Assembly: GCA_018238155.1 (NCBI GenBank)
Contig: JABCTZ010000003.1
Coordinates: 1 to 64,000, forward strand
Origin: Candidatus Heimdallarchaeota archaeon
Lineage (GTDB): Archaea > Asgardarchaeota > Heimdallarchaeia > JABLTI01
Reading direction: 5' to 3'
DNA length: 64,000 bases
Shown here: piece by piece, positions 47,018 to 58,027 of the stretch
How positions within the stretch are numbered: position 1 is the first letter of the stretch
Layout of the letters: each line of letters starts with the position of its first letter
The notes under the pieces: generated by a model
Told to the model about the DNA's origin: nothing
Database searches by the model: none
The model's input: only the letters and a program-made list of their open reading frames with translations
Made by a program: the position numbers and the translations under genes

Positions 47018-48906
47018 GTCAAAATGGCACCCAAAAACAACCCAAAAGTAGACCTAGACGTACAGGTCCAATGGGTAGTATGATGCAAGGCGGCGAAAAA
47101 GCAAAAGATTTCAAAGGAACAATGGCTAAGCTGATCAGATATTTAGGTAAATATAGAATAATAATTATTATTGCTATTCTAATTGCTATAGCTTCTACAA
47201 CTGCAAATATTATTGGTCCTAAAATCCTCGGAAGAGCTACTACTGAGCTTTTTGAAGGATTGATGGCTTCTATTCGAGGGACAGGTTCAGTTGATTTTGC
47301 TTATATTGGTAGAATAATGTTGATAACTTTATCACTCTATGTTGTATCTGCACTATTGTCATACATCCAGGGTTGGATTATGGCTAAAGTATCGACAGAT
47401 ATATCCTATCGTTTACGTAAAGACGTTTCAGAAAAAATGAATCGAATGAAACTCAAATACTATGATAGTACTACCCATGGTGAAATACTTTCAAGAATAA
47501 CTAATGATGTAGACACGATCAACCAAACTTTGAGTCAAAGTATCACAATGATTATGTCATCTATAGTCACTATAATTGGTGTACTTGTGATGATGTTTAC
47601 TATCAGCTGGAAGCTAACTTTGGTCGTTATGGCAGTAATTCCACTATCTGGTTTGATGATAGCTTTTATCGTAAAAAGATCACAAAAACATTTCAATCAA
47701 CAACAAGAGTACTTGGGTCATGTGAATAGTCACGTAGAAGAGATGTTCGGTGGTCATTTAATTGTGAAAGCATTTAATGGTGAAGAACAGAGCCTCAAAA
47801 CATTCTCAAAGTACAACTATACTCTACACAAATCTGCATGGAAATCACAGTTCTTTTCAGGACTAATGATGCCAATGATGACTTTTATTGGTAATTTGGG
47901 TTATGTTGCTGTCGCAATCTTTGGCGGTTATTTAACTAGCCAAGGCACCATCACGATAGGTGATGTTCAAGCTTTCATTCAATATGTGCGTTCATTCACT
48001 CGACCTCTTGGTCAGATTGCCAGTGCATCCAATGTTCTACAACAAACCGCAGCAGCTTCAGAAAGAGTGTTTGCATTTCTAGAAGAATCTGAAGAAATTG
48101 CTGATACCACTGAACCGAAAAAATTTGAAAATGTTACCGGTCTTGTAGAATTTAGAAATGTTAATTTCGGTTATCACAAAGATAAGACAATTATCAGTAA
48201 TTTTTCAGCTATCGCAAAACCAGGACAGAAAATAGCTTTAGTTGGTCCTACTGGCGCCGGAAAAACTACCATGGTTAAACTTCTAATGCGTTTTTATGAT
48301 GTGAACGATGGAGCGATATTAGTAGATGGGATCGATATTCGAGAGATAACACGTTATGACTTGCGTGATAATTTCGGTATGGTTCTACAAGATACATGGT
48401 TGTTTAATGGAACAATATTGGAGAATATTCGCTACGGACGTCTAAATGCTACAGATAAAGAAGTCAAAGCAGCTGCAAAAGCAGCTCATGTTGACAAGTT
48501 CGTTCATGCACTGCCTGGTGGATTTGACATGGAAATTAATGAAGAAGTGACAAATATCTCACAAGGACAGAAACAACTGCTAACTATTGCAAGAGCTGTA
48601 TTAGCGGATCCACCTATCCTAATATTAGATGAAGCAACTAGTTCAGTTGACACTCGAACTGAAATTCTCATCCAGAGAGCAATGGATGACTTAATGAAGA
48701 ATAGAACAAGTTTTGTTATCGCTCATCGTTTGTCCACAATCCGAAATGCTGATCTAATTCTCGTAATGAATGAAGGAGATATTGTAGAACAAGGTACTCA
48801 TAAAGAATTACTAGCGAAAGATGGATTTTATGCAGAACTACACAACAGCCAATTTGATGTCATTAACAATAATTCACAACAACCAGTGCAACAGTCAAAC
48901 GATTAG
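47014..48906 (+). CDS. Heterodimeric ABC exporter, subunit 2
   Basis: GPTGAGKT, SQGQ, LDEATSSVD and AHRL motifs. Confidence 0.92.
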   Translation: MSQNGTQKQPKSRPRRTGPMGSMMQGGEKAKDFKGTMAKLIRYLGKYRIIIIIAILIAIASTTANIIGPKILGRATTELFEGLMASIRGTGSVDFAYIGRIMLITLSLYVVSALLSYIQGWIMAKVSTDISYRLRKDVSEKMNRMKLKYYDSTTHGEILSRITNDVDTINQTLSQSITMIMSSIVTIIGVLVMMFTISWKLTLVVMAVIPLSGLMIAFIVKRSQKHFNQQQEYLGHVNSHVEEMFGGHLIVKAFNGEEQSLKTFSKYNYTLHKSAWKSQFFSGLMMPMMTFIGNLGYVAVAIFGGYLTSQGTITIGDVQAFIQYVRSFTRPLGQIASASNVLQQTAAASERVFAFLEESEEIADTTEPKKFENVTGLVEFRNVNFGYHKDKTIISNFSAIAKPGQKIALVGPTGAGKTTMVKLLMRFYDVNDGAILVDGIDIREITRYDLRDNFGMVLQDTWLFNGTILENIRYGRLNATDKEVKAAAKAAHVDKFVHALPGGFDMEINEEVTNISQGQKQLLTIARAVLADPPILILDEATSSVDTRTEILIQRAMDDLMKNRTSFVIAHRLSTIRNADLILVMNEGDIVEQGTHKELLAKDGFYAELHNSQFDVINNNSQQPVQQSND

Positions 48907-48989
48907 GATATCTAGAAAAATAATTCGTTTACAATAAGAAAAATTGCTGAGAAAGTGCTAAAATTACTTTCTTAAGCAATAGTTTTTTT

Positions 48990-50081
48990 TTATCTCCAAT
49001 CAAAATAAACCGTTTCTACTTTCTCAGGTATTGGCACATTATTCATATTGAAAAAATCAAGGTTGATTTTTTTATCAAAGAAAAAGAATTTAGCATCTTT
49101 CAAAGGTTTCATATCAAAATATGGTATGTATGGTGTTTGTAATCCATACCAACCATGTTCTTCAGAAGTTTGGCAAAGATAGTTTGCTAAATCTCCCGCT
49201 TCTTTTGTTGTCAATCGATGAATATGAACCATATCAAGCCATCCGAATGGCAATCTATTTCCCATACCTGCTAGGATAAACTCCCAAGCTAACATGAATC
49301 CTTTTACTTTTCCATTATCATCTTCATGAACAACACAATTGACACAAGGGTTACTTAGTGTCCATTTCAAGTCAGCAAGTTCAGGAACTATGGATAACTC
49401 ATTGCGACTCACTTGTTCCTGGATGATTTCAAACATATCTTGGATATCTTTTTCTTGATATTTTCTTATATATTTAGAATCGATTTTTTTGTATTTTTGA
49501 AACATTTTAAAAACTAATTTTTCATACCATCGCAATTTTACTACTTTGGAAACTTCATTCACATTAAAGGCTTTTATTACAAATTGAGTTAGTTCGATAA
49601 TTCTTTGGAATGGTATTTTCAAATCTCTGGCAACAGCAGAGGAAACATCTATTCCATGATGTTGAGGTTCATGAAAAGAAAACCCTCCGTCATACCCTAA
49701 TTTGTTGCCAGTTTCAAATAGCTTCTTTCCCATACCTTTGGCTAATCCTTTCCTTTGGTGTTGGGAATGAACACTTAACCAAGATGGTATAGCAAATTTG
49801 TAGGTTTTACCTAGAATTGAAAGTTTTCGAGGTATCCCTCCTAAGAATCCCACAATTTTCCCTGTTGGTTTATGAGTTGCTTTTATGAATAGATCTTTGT
49901 CAATAGATGGGGCACCATACATCATGTTGAACGTTTCTTCAGAAAAAGCGACTGATGCTCCTTCTTGAATTGCTGTTTCATCACTAAAGAAAGCTTGAGT
50001 GATTAGTTTTGCAAGCTCATCGAAATTATCTTTTTCAATCGTAAATTGTTCAATAATATAATCACTAATATCATTGGTCAT
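48990..50081 (-). CDS. Tandem GNAT acyltransferase resembling N-myristoyltransferase
   Basis: VGFLGGIP, LSVH..HQRKGLA, second-half IR.Y..KDI...V.ED.NG.V.GF and an NMT-like C-terminus. Confidence 0.7.
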   Translation of the reverse strand: MTNDISDYIIEQFTIEKDNFDELAKLITQAFFSDETAIQEGASVAFSEETFNMMYGAPSIDKDLFIKATHKPTGKIVGFLGGIPRKLSILGKTYKFAIPSWLSVHSQHQRKGLAKGMGKKLFETGNKLGYDGGFSFHEPQHHGIDVSSAVARDLKIPFQRIIELTQFVIKAFNVNEVSKVVKLRWYEKLVFKMFQKYKKIDSKYIRKYQEKDIQDMFEIIQEQVSRNELSIVPELADLKWTLSNPCVNCVVHEDDNGKVKGFMLAWEFILAGMGNRLPFGWLDMVHIHRLTTKEAGDLANYLCQTSEEHGWYGLQTPYIPYFDMKPLKDAKFFFFDKKINLDFFNMNNVPIPEKVETVYFDWR

Positions 50082-50216
50082 TTCTTTAATCTCCTACTAA
50101 TGAGTAATAATGTTAATTGACAGTTAGAATATTGTCGGAACTTTTTCAACAATCACTTGAAAATATATAAACTTTTTACTAAAAAACCACTAACATCAAT
50201 GAAATTTACTAAAAAA

Positions 50217-51485
50217 TTAGCTGTAATATTTATTCATTACATATTCATAGGCTTTTTTCTCAAGGTTCCGGAAATAGCTACTCTTTCCCTGTTCTACAAA
50301 TTCTTGAATAATTGATCTAACTAATTTATTTGTAGAGATTTCATTAAACTCATCCTCTACCAATAGGCCAAAATCTCGAGCTGAATTTTCTACTAAATGA
50401 GCTGCCCTGTTAAAATCTTGACTCTCAAATTTCGAATCATGAATGACATTTCTTTTAATATAAGAAATCATCAACAAGAGTTCAGCAATTTTTAAGTTGG
50501 ATTCTATTCTCCCTTCTGGTACATATCTATCAGCAACGAAGGAAATTCCTGACTCATAACCATATTTGTAACCTTTGATTGCCGGCCAAATAAGGCTCAA
50601 CTTCTTAAATTGGTCAATATCAAAACTACCATTTTTGTTCTCATTCCCATAAAGCTGCTTATATTTTGGATAAATGTCAGGATAATTTGTTCTTATAGTT
50701 TCCATAAACTCGTTTTTATTTCTACCTGGTTTCAAAGTTAATCCTGCACAATTGACAAACTGTGCATCTACTTCCTTTGCCTTTTGATAAATTGAATTAA
50801 CATTTTCTTCTGTATCACCAATAAATGGAAGACAAGGATAAAAATAGATCCCGGAAGGGATGCCTTCTTTCCGAAGAATTCTGATTGCTTCAAATCGTTC
50901 TTTTGAAGAACTTGCTTTAGGTTCGAATATTTTACGTGCTCGTTCATCTGCTAATGTAATGGTAAAATTCACACAAGCATACGATTCTTTATTGATCTTT
51001 TTTATCAGATCAATATCTCTGAGAACGAGTTTGTTTTTCGTGAGAATCCAAAGTGGTAATTGATAATCATAAACTATTTCAAGCAATTTACGAGTCATCT
51101 TTACTTCTTTTTCAGCCGGTTGATAAACATCACACACTCCCCCGCCTATAGCAATTATCGATTTAGGTTTACAATCTGATTTAACATCTCTCCTCAATAC
51201 GGGAAAAAAATCTGTGATTGAAAATTGCTTTTTGCTATGAACTGATTTAAAACCTTGTTTTTTCAAGAATTTTATCAATAGTTCTGGAGCATTCGTTTTC
51301 ACTCGTATTCGTTCTCCAAAATCTTCATGCATATAGTACTGTTCTGATTTTCCATCACAGTAGACACAATCATGATAACATCCTTGATATGGGTTGAGAT
51401 ATGTTTCTGCCCAAGAAAAAATCGATACTCCTCCCTGTCGTACTAGGGATTTTGCTTCATAATTTTCTATTTTCATAACAAGCAA
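50217..51485 (-). CDS. Radical SAM protein, SPL-like (COG1533)
   Basis: NPY.GC.H.C.YC, D.YQP.E, TR..L, TK and EP......RF motifs. Confidence 0.88.
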   Translation of the reverse strand: MLVMKIENYEAKSLVRQGGVSIFSWAETYLNPYQGCYHDCVYCDGKSEQYYMHEDFGERIRVKTNAPELLIKFLKKQGFKSVHSKKQFSITDFFPVLRRDVKSDCKPKSIIAIGGGVCDVYQPAEKEVKMTRKLLEIVYDYQLPLWILTKNKLVLRDIDLIKKINKESYACVNFTITLADERARKIFEPKASSSKERFEAIRILRKEGIPSGIYFYPCLPFIGDTEENVNSIYQKAKEVDAQFVNCAGLTLKPGRNKNEFMETIRTNYPDIYPKYKQLYGNENKNGSFDIDQFKKLSLIWPAIKGYKYGYESGISFVADRYVPEGRIESNLKIAELLLMISYIKRNVIHDSKFESQDFNRAAHLVENSARDFGLLVEDEFNEISTNKLVRSIIQEFVEQGKSSYFRNLEKKAYEYVMNKYYS

Positions 51486-51594
51486 TTCTATAATGTTCTC
51501 TGAATACTAAATGTTTGTTGTTTTATACAGTAAATGATTTTTTGTCTTGTTTATTGACAATCAGTTAAATCACTTGAAAGAAGCACTTACTTTA

Positions 51595-52608
51595 TTACTT
51601 CTTCTCTGCTTGTTTAACAACTTCTTCTGGGAGATGTATAGCAAATAAACATCTAGAATCACCATCTAGAATTGTTTCTAATACTTCAACTTCAATGGGT
51701 TGATTCAATATTACATCCCATTGATTCTTATAGTAACCTGCACTGCATTTGCAAAACTTTGAAGGCACATCTATTTCTCCCGTCTTCAGCGCTTCTCTAA
51801 CCCACGCACAATGACAATAGAAATATTTTTTCATATTTTCATCTGTTTCATTTAGGGATTTCTTTGTCAAATAGGGGATTTTCTCAGTGTAAAGAATATT
51901 ACCTTTTCTTACTCCACCTTCAATTTGTGGATTATTCTTCACATGCTTTACTACTTCATCATCAACTTCTTGAGTATAAAATAACGTTTGATCATCTCGA
52001 TGCTTTTCTAAAATCTTGATAAAATTGGTATGTCTTTCAGCTAGATATTCATCAATATTCTTTGCCTCAAGGAACTTTTCTCTTTGCCTGTTATAGCTTT
52101 CCTTTGGAATACCATGAAGATTACTAACTAATATTTTATGACAAGTTTTTTCATCTAGATTTTCTTCAAGACGTTGAATAACTTTCTTTGTTATCACTGG
52201 TTTTTTCACTGAAAGTGTGCCTAGAACTGGGAAATCAATCCCTTGCAAAATTTTTTTGCTTTTTTCTTCTCCAACAACTTCAGATAATTCTCTTGTTAAA
52301 TTTACAAGAACATCACTACCGTCTAATAATTCATATAATGCGATAAGCATATTTTCGTTCCCTAAGAAACCACAATATCTGATCAAAGCATAAAAAGTCT
52401 CTTTACTATTATTGCCGGTATCAATTAGATGTTGAGCATATTTATGAACGTCTTTCTCATTAACAGTATCAATATTCCTTCGAATATCGTGCAGAAAGTT
52501 ATTGAAGTGTTCTATCTTCTCTATAGTCTCTTCAATTATTTCTTTCTTATACTCCTTCTCTTCACAGAATTTTCTAAAATCGTCAATATTCATTTCTAAT
52601 ATTTCCAT
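51595..52608 (-). CDS. DUF6144/V4R-like Cys-rich protein
   Basis: YCHC.W, FC.CSAG and V...ETIL.GD..C.F.I motifs. Confidence 0.7.
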   Translation of the reverse strand: MEILEMNIDDFRKFCEEKEYKKEIIEETIEKIEHFNNFLHDIRRNIDTVNEKDVHKYAQHLIDTGNNSKETFYALIRYCGFLGNENMLIALYELLDGSDVLVNLTRELSEVVGEEKSKKILQGIDFPVLGTLSVKKPVITKKVIQRLEENLDEKTCHKILVSNLHGIPKESYNRQREKFLEAKNIDEYLAERHTNFIKILEKHRDDQTLFYTQEVDDEVVKHVKNNPQIEGGVRKGNILYTEKIPYLTKKSLNETDENMKKYFYCHCAWVREALKTGEIDVPSKFCKCSAGYYKNQWDVILNQPIEVEVLETILDGDSRCLFAIHLPEEVVKQAEKK

Positions 52609-52833
52609 TTGTTTATTGTTATTATACTAGGAGAGGTATATTAGATTTCTCATATTTTTGAGAATTATCTTTCACCTCGGTGGGAAATTTGCCCCCCTAG
52701 GAAGTATATTCTTTTTCAGCTTAAGATAGTGGTTTCTATCTATTTTTAAACAAAAAAAAAATTCGAATCAATTATTAATTTGGACTTCAATCAGCAAAAA
52801 AATGTAATCTTTATTTATTAGAAAGTAATAATA

Positions 52834-53388
52834 TTGCATATGGAACTTGATAATGCAATTACAAATAGAAGATCAATACGGAAATTCAAACCTGACCCTT
52901 TGAATAAAGAGTCTATTGAAGCAATACTTGACGCTGGTAATAAAGCACCTTCTGCAAAAAATAGTCAGCAATGGCGATTTCATGTGTTTCATGGAGAGGC
53001 AAAGGATAATTTCGCTAAATTCTGTTTACAGGAATTTAAAAAAATAGAAAATCATCCTCAAGTACATCAGTACGCAAAAAACAGCTTTAAAATAATGGAT
53101 CAGGCTCCAGTAAATATCCTTGTCTATAATGCTCATCCATTGCCATTTCAAGCAAAACCTGATATTCAATCAGTTTCAGCAGCAATTCAAAATATGTTAT
53201 TGAAAGCATATAGTTTAGGTTTGGGCTCTCTTTGGATATGTGATATTCTCTACATTGATGCTGCAGTGAATGAATATCTCAAAACTGATATGCAACTTAT
53301 TGCTGCAATAGCATTTGGTTATACAGATAGCAACCCAAGAGATATTAGAAAATTAACTGTAGAAGATGTAACAGTTTGGCATGAATAA
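52834..53388 (+). CDS. Nitroreductase
   Basis: RRSIRKF, APSAKNSQ.W and QNMLL.A..LGLGSLW motifs. Confidence 0.92.
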   Translation: MHMELDNAITNRRSIRKFKPDPLNKESIEAILDAGNKAPSAKNSQQWRFHVFHGEAKDNFAKFCLQEFKKIENHPQVHQYAKNSFKIMDQAPVNILVYNAHPLPFQAKPDIQSVSAAIQNMLLKAYSLGLGSLWICDILYIDAAVNEYLKTDMQLIAAIAFGYTDSNPRDIRKLTVEDVTVWHE

Positions 53389-53476
53389 CTTAATTGCTAG
53401 TTCATTCTATTATAATTCCACTCCCAGAGCATTCGACCAAGCAAAAAAAGCATTTTATATTTATGAGGTAATCAAC

Positions 53477-54451
53477 TTGACGGATTCGAAAATCAATGAA
53501 GAAGCTCATTTGCGAGATTTAGTTAGTAGAGAATCAGATAACGTTCAAGCATGGGCGAATCTCGGGAAAGTCTTGAATATCAAAAACGATTTCATTGGTG
53601 CTGCAGAAGCATTAAGCACCGCTTTAGAATTAAAACCAGATGATGAATGGATTCTATTTGAATATGGATATGCTCTAAGTATGCAAGATGATTTTGATAA
53701 AGCAGAGATGGTCTATCGTAAGCTTCTTACAACGAAACCAAACCAAATTAGTATCTGGTATAATCTAGCTTTGATTTTGAATAAAAAACAAGATTGGGAA
53801 GCTACACGAGAGACTTATTTGAAAATTATTGAACTTGAGCCAAACGATAAGCATTCTTGGTTAAATTATGGTGTTCTATTAAATAGATTGGGGGAGTTTG
53901 AAGAAGCAGAAAAAGCTTTCAGAAAAGCATTAGCAATTGATTCAAAATACACAAAAGCAGCTCTAAATCTTGGTCTCTTATTAGAAGAGGATCTTAAAAA
54001 AGTAAGTGCTGCCGCAGAAGTGTACAAACAATCTTTCGCAGAAAACCCTTACTGTATTCTCTTACTGGTTCATTATTATAGAGCAATAGGAAACAATAGG
54101 TATCTACCAACAATTATCGATGCCCAACCAAAGAAAGATTTTTCTTTTGAAGGATTCAAAGCAGTTGTTGTAGATGAGATTGATAGTATCGGTAAAATTG
54201 AATACGACTACCTTTTGCTCCTATATGATGATAAATCGAGTGAACCTCTCTTTTATGTTTCTTTGGAACGAAACTCTCTATTCATAGAATTAGGTCCACC
54301 TTCCCATTTTCTATGTGGATTTGACGAAACTGGTCATCAGAATTATGGTGGTTTTGAGGAAGAAACCAATTTAGATAATTTTACAAAGAAGGCATTAGAA
54401 ATTGTCGGAAACAAATACAAAATTGCTAAAGAAAAACTACATCTCAAATAA
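53477..54451 (+). CDS. TPR-repeat protein with a distinct C-terminal domain
   Basis: About 5 TPRs (W.NLG...A...P). Start moved to the TTG after gaggt. Confidence 0.8.
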   Translation: MTDSKINEEAHLRDLVSRESDNVQAWANLGKVLNIKNDFIGAAEALSTALELKPDDEWILFEYGYALSMQDDFDKAEMVYRKLLTTKPNQISIWYNLALILNKKQDWEATRETYLKIIELEPNDKHSWLNYGVLLNRLGEFEEAEKAFRKALAIDSKYTKAALNLGLLLEEDLKKVSAAAEVYKQSFAENPYCILLLVHYYRAIGNNRYLPTIIDAQPKKDFSFEGFKAVVVDEIDSIGKIEYDYLLLLYDDKSSEPLFYVSLERNSLFIELGPPSHFLCGFDETGHQNYGGFEEETNLDNFTKKALEIVGNKYKIAKEKLHLK

Positions 54452-54537
54452 TTAATTTTCAGTTTTATCATTAAAATAATGATTTTAGAGGAGAACCTGT
54501 ACAATCTTCAATATCTGTTAACAAAAATTAGTTGTTT

Positions 54538-55869
54538 CTATGAAATTATAACGAGAATTTCATTGATATATTCTTTTAAATATGCTAATGTTTCAGTTTT
54601 CATTTGTTCTTTTTTCTGTTGATTCTGCCCATGAGCAATAGCTACGTCATAAGCATTGTAAGCTGTATGGAATTGTTGAATCACAGTTAAATTATCTTGA
54701 GATTGCTTTAAATGGTTTACAAATTCATTAACAGTAGCGATTTCAATTGCGTTTTGTAAAATTGTCCGAGCTTCTTCGTAAGAATTTGCTGCTGCCTTGA
54801 GCATAGCTTTTAGGTTGAGGAAGATGAGCTTGTAGGTAGTGGAATTTATTTCCTTAGTAATCTTCAATGCTTCTTCGACATCAACTGTAGCATCCTCCAC
54901 CATGTTTTGGTCTAGTTCTATCATAATTTTTACTGCAAGATTTTTAATTAAAAATTCGAAATCCATTGAATCTTCTGTTGATTTGAGGATCTCATTTGCT
55001 TCATCTACGAGAGCAAGTGCTCCCCGCCAGTCATTCTTTGATTTAAATAATAAGAATGCGTATACAGTCTTTGTTTGAGCTGTAGATGATTTAATATCGA
55101 GTTCTTTTGCTAGTTGTAGTGCTTTTACAATCTCCACTTCCGCTTCCTCGAAATTTTCTAGTAGCGTTAATACTTCTGTAAGACTAGTTGAGAGTTGTAC
55201 AGACCATGTCCGTAGATTTGCTTTCTTTGCAATTATAGCTGCTTCCTCGAAATTTGCAAGCGCTTTTTCATGCATAAGAAAGTCCTTGTGGAGATTCCCC
55301 ATATTACCATAAGCACAGATAATTCCTCCAAGGCTCTGTGTTTTCTGACTTAATTCTAGACTTTGCTTGACATATTGCATTGATAAATCAAAATCTCCTT
55401 TAATGCGGAAAATTATTGCTAAAATATTTGTAACCCTACCGTAAACATTTAGTTCATATTTATTCATCGAAGGTATCTTTTCAATGACATCCAATGCTTC
55501 AAGTAGATATTTTTGACCTGTATTTAAGTCACCTTTTGTCATGTATATTATCCCAAGTGCTGCTAAAGCATCAAGTTTCATTGTTCCATCATTTGAATGA
55601 TGTTCAATCAATTCCAAATACCTTTGTCTTCCTTCCTCGAATCTTCTCATTGCCATAAGAATGGTTCCCTCTAGTGATATTCCTTTTCCCTTGAGAAGAG
55701 AGTCATTGATTTGTAAGGCATTTCGTTGGATTCTTTTAGCATACATTAAGGCAATTTGAAATTCCCCTTGTCCCAGTTTTAATGTTCCAGCATCTAATAA
55801 TCGTTCCATTTCCTTTCGAAATTCTTTTTTATACTTCTTGGAATATGGTTTCTTTTTTGGAATCATCAA
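54538..55869 (-). CDS. TPR-repeat protein (MalT-like TPRs)
   Basis: LG.IY...GD...A...L repeats across the length. Confidence 0.8.
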   Translation of the reverse strand: MMIPKKKPYSKKYKKEFRKEMERLLDAGTLKLGQGEFQIALMYAKRIQRNALQINDSLLKGKGISLEGTILMAMRRFEEGRQRYLELIEHHSNDGTMKLDALAALGIIYMTKGDLNTGQKYLLEALDVIEKIPSMNKYELNVYGRVTNILAIIFRIKGDFDLSMQYVKQSLELSQKTQSLGGIICAYGNMGNLHKDFLMHEKALANFEEAAIIAKKANLRTWSVQLSTSLTEVLTLLENFEEAEVEIVKALQLAKELDIKSSTAQTKTVYAFLLFKSKNDWRGALALVDEANEILKSTEDSMDFEFLIKNLAVKIMIELDQNMVEDATVDVEEALKITKEINSTTYKLIFLNLKAMLKAAANSYEEARTILQNAIEIATVNEFVNHLKQSQDNLTVIQQFHTAYNAYDVAIAHGQNQQKKEQMKTETLAYLKEYINEILVIIS

Positions 55870-55988
55870 CTTACCTCCTATCTTAGCTATAATCTATTCT
55901 TATGTCATTTTTTTTCTAACTGATATATTATCTTCAATCTAATTAAATCAATTGGAAAAATCATCAGCAGGTAAAGGCTAAAATTTAC

Positions 55989-56951
55989 TTAATAGTTTGA
56001 TTCTAATCTATTTAATATCCTATAAACAAGAAAAGTTATCCAAGGAGAAGGCTCTTTTTTCTGCCCAAAATCCCATCCTTTGGATGCTCTCCAAACGGAT
56101 TCAGCAGAAAAGAATCCATTGGTATCTGCTTTTGCCTTCATAATAGAAATCATTTCTAAAAATCGTTCATCTTTGTGCAAACTTTGTAGCTGGCTAAGGA
56201 CGTCCATCAAATGAATTATGTCGTACCAATTCATCGGCGCTTTCAATTTTTTAAAATCGGTACCCATCCCAAATAAATATGGTTTACGTTCTTTCCGTTG
56301 ATTCCATAAACCGAGTAGTACTTCTGCTCCTTCTCTTGAGATTTTATCATTCTTCCATTTTGGATGTTGAATTAAAGCTTTCAAAGAGATTAGATTAGCA
56401 TACGGACAAGGATCACCTTTTCTTCCCGGTCCTCGAAATTTGCCTATTTTCTCAGAAGCTGTGCAGTGCCAACCATTCTCTTTCTTCAGACCGACTAAAT
56501 GCTCATATGATTTTTCCATTTTATCTGTTCTTTCCAAACCCAATTTCATCAATGAATACAAAACTGTTGGAGTATCACAAAGCATCCATACGGATTCATC
56601 CTCTCCTGAACCACCAAAATGAGTTGGTATATTCATAATAATCTCAAAAGCTCCTTCTGGTGATTGAGTTTTGAGTATTCGTTTGATAATTTCTCCTATT
56701 TTTGAGTCTTCTTTTCTCAATCCAATGTCAGCTAGAAATGATAATTTGTGAATTGAATGTTTAGCATCATTATGCCGTTTTAAAACTGCACCAGGCCAAT
56801 GTAATAATTCTTCAATGATAGTTGCTACTCTCTGATCGTCAATAATTTTTGATCTGATTTCACAATTTTTTTCACTCGTGCTCTTTTCTTTAAAAAATTC
56901 AATTCTTGTATTGTATTCTATATAATGTTCAGATTGTAAAAGCCAGTCCAA
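55989..56951 (-). CDS. Prenyltransferase/terpenoid-cyclase-like alpha-alpha toroid protein
   Basis: MDWLL, Q..EG.F, GW.C, CP.A, P..WYD..H and PS.W.T motifs. Confidence 0.65.
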   Translation of the reverse strand: MDWLLQSEHYIEYNTRIEFFKEKSTSEKNCEIRSKIIDDQRVATIIEELLHWPGAVLKRHNDAKHSIHKLSFLADIGLRKEDSKIGEIIKRILKTQSPEGAFEIIMNIPTHFGGSGEDESVWMLCDTPTVLYSLMKLGLERTDKMEKSYEHLVGLKKENGWHCTASEKIGKFRGPGRKGDPCPYANLISLKALIQHPKWKNDKISREGAEVLLGLWNQRKERKPYLFGMGTDFKKLKAPMNWYDIIHLMDVLSQLQSLHKDERFLEMISIMKAKADTNGFFSAESVWRASKGWDFGQKKEPSPWITFLVYRILNRLESNY

Positions 56952-57085
56952 TGTTACTTATTCCATAATTCACACAAACCAATTACTATAATTTCAATAC
57001 AATTTATAAGAATTGCAAATTAAAAAGTTATATGAGTAAAAATAACCATTCATCTAATATTAAAAAATAGAGACAAAGAATTATT

Positions 57086-57925
57086 CTATTTCTTTTTTTT
57101 TGCTTCTTTTTTCATCATTCGATTCATTTTCATTGCACCATGGATGAGCTTGAAAAGTGAGAATCCTCTGAAATTTGCTCCGTTTTTATTGTTCTCTGGT
57201 AAAACAAAGGGAATGACTGCTAAGCAGCTTTTACGAATATCACCAGACATATACTCAAATGCTAGTTCTATGTTAGTATCCATTTCTTCATTTGATTTCC
57301 AACCTGAAACTATTTTCACATCTTTAGACAGATTCGTTTTCAACATGCCTGGCTGGTAGATGTTGATTGTAATGTCCTCCTCTCTTTGAGAGAGTTCAAG
57401 AGCTAAACATTTCGAGAAAGCAACTAATCCTCCTTTTGAAGCAGAATAGAGAGTCATATTTTCAAGTGGTCTATCAGCACCACCACCTGAAAGAGTAATA
57501 ATTCGCCCATACTTTTGCTTGATCATCCCAGGTAAAACCGCAGAAATGGTATTCAATGTTCCAATTAAATTAGTACCAATAATTATTTTTGCATCTTCAG
57601 CTACTTCTTCCGGAGTTAAGTAATTAAATGGACCATATCTACGATTTAAACCTGCATTAGCCACTAGAATTCTAACGGAGCCAAATTTCTTAACTGTTTT
57701 CTGGACTGCATTTTTTAGTGTTTTTGTATCAGAAACATCACAAGTAAAACCAATCACAGAATCTCCGAATTTTTCTTTCAATTCTTCAACTGTTTTCTTT
57801 ACTTTATCTGCATTTCTCGAACAGATTGATACTTTGCATCCTTCTTCAAGAAAAGTTCTTGCTAATTCTTTTCCAATCCCACTTGTTGAACCTGTAATAA
57901 TTGCTGTTTCATTTTTCATCTTCAT
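57086..57925 (-). CDS. Short-chain dehydrogenase/reductase
   Basis: TGSTSGIG, NAG and YSASK motifs. Confidence 0.93.
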   Translation of the reverse strand: MKMKNETAIITGSTSGIGKELARTFLEEGCKVSICSRNADKVKKTVEELKEKFGDSVIGFTCDVSDTKTLKNAVQKTVKKFGSVRILVANAGLNRRYGPFNYLTPEEVAEDAKIIIGTNLIGTLNTISAVLPGMIKQKYGRIITLSGGGADRPLENMTLYSASKGGLVAFSKCLALELSQREEDITINIYQPGMLKTNLSKDVKIVSGWKSNEEMDTNIELAFEYMSGDIRKSCLAVIPFVLPENNKNGANFRGFSLFKLIHGAMKMNRMMKKEAKKKK

Positions 57926-58027
57926 TTTTATCAGTCTAACGTTATTCCATGAAAATATAAGATATCCGTATTAGATTATAACAAGTTTAGACCTAAGATT
58001 AAAAAAACAAAATGGTTCAGTTTTAAT

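Noticed and set aside
44777-48906. Degenerate Walker B, switch and signature motifs as inactivation
   Set aside because: This is the normal asymmetry of TM287/288-type heterodimeric exporters.
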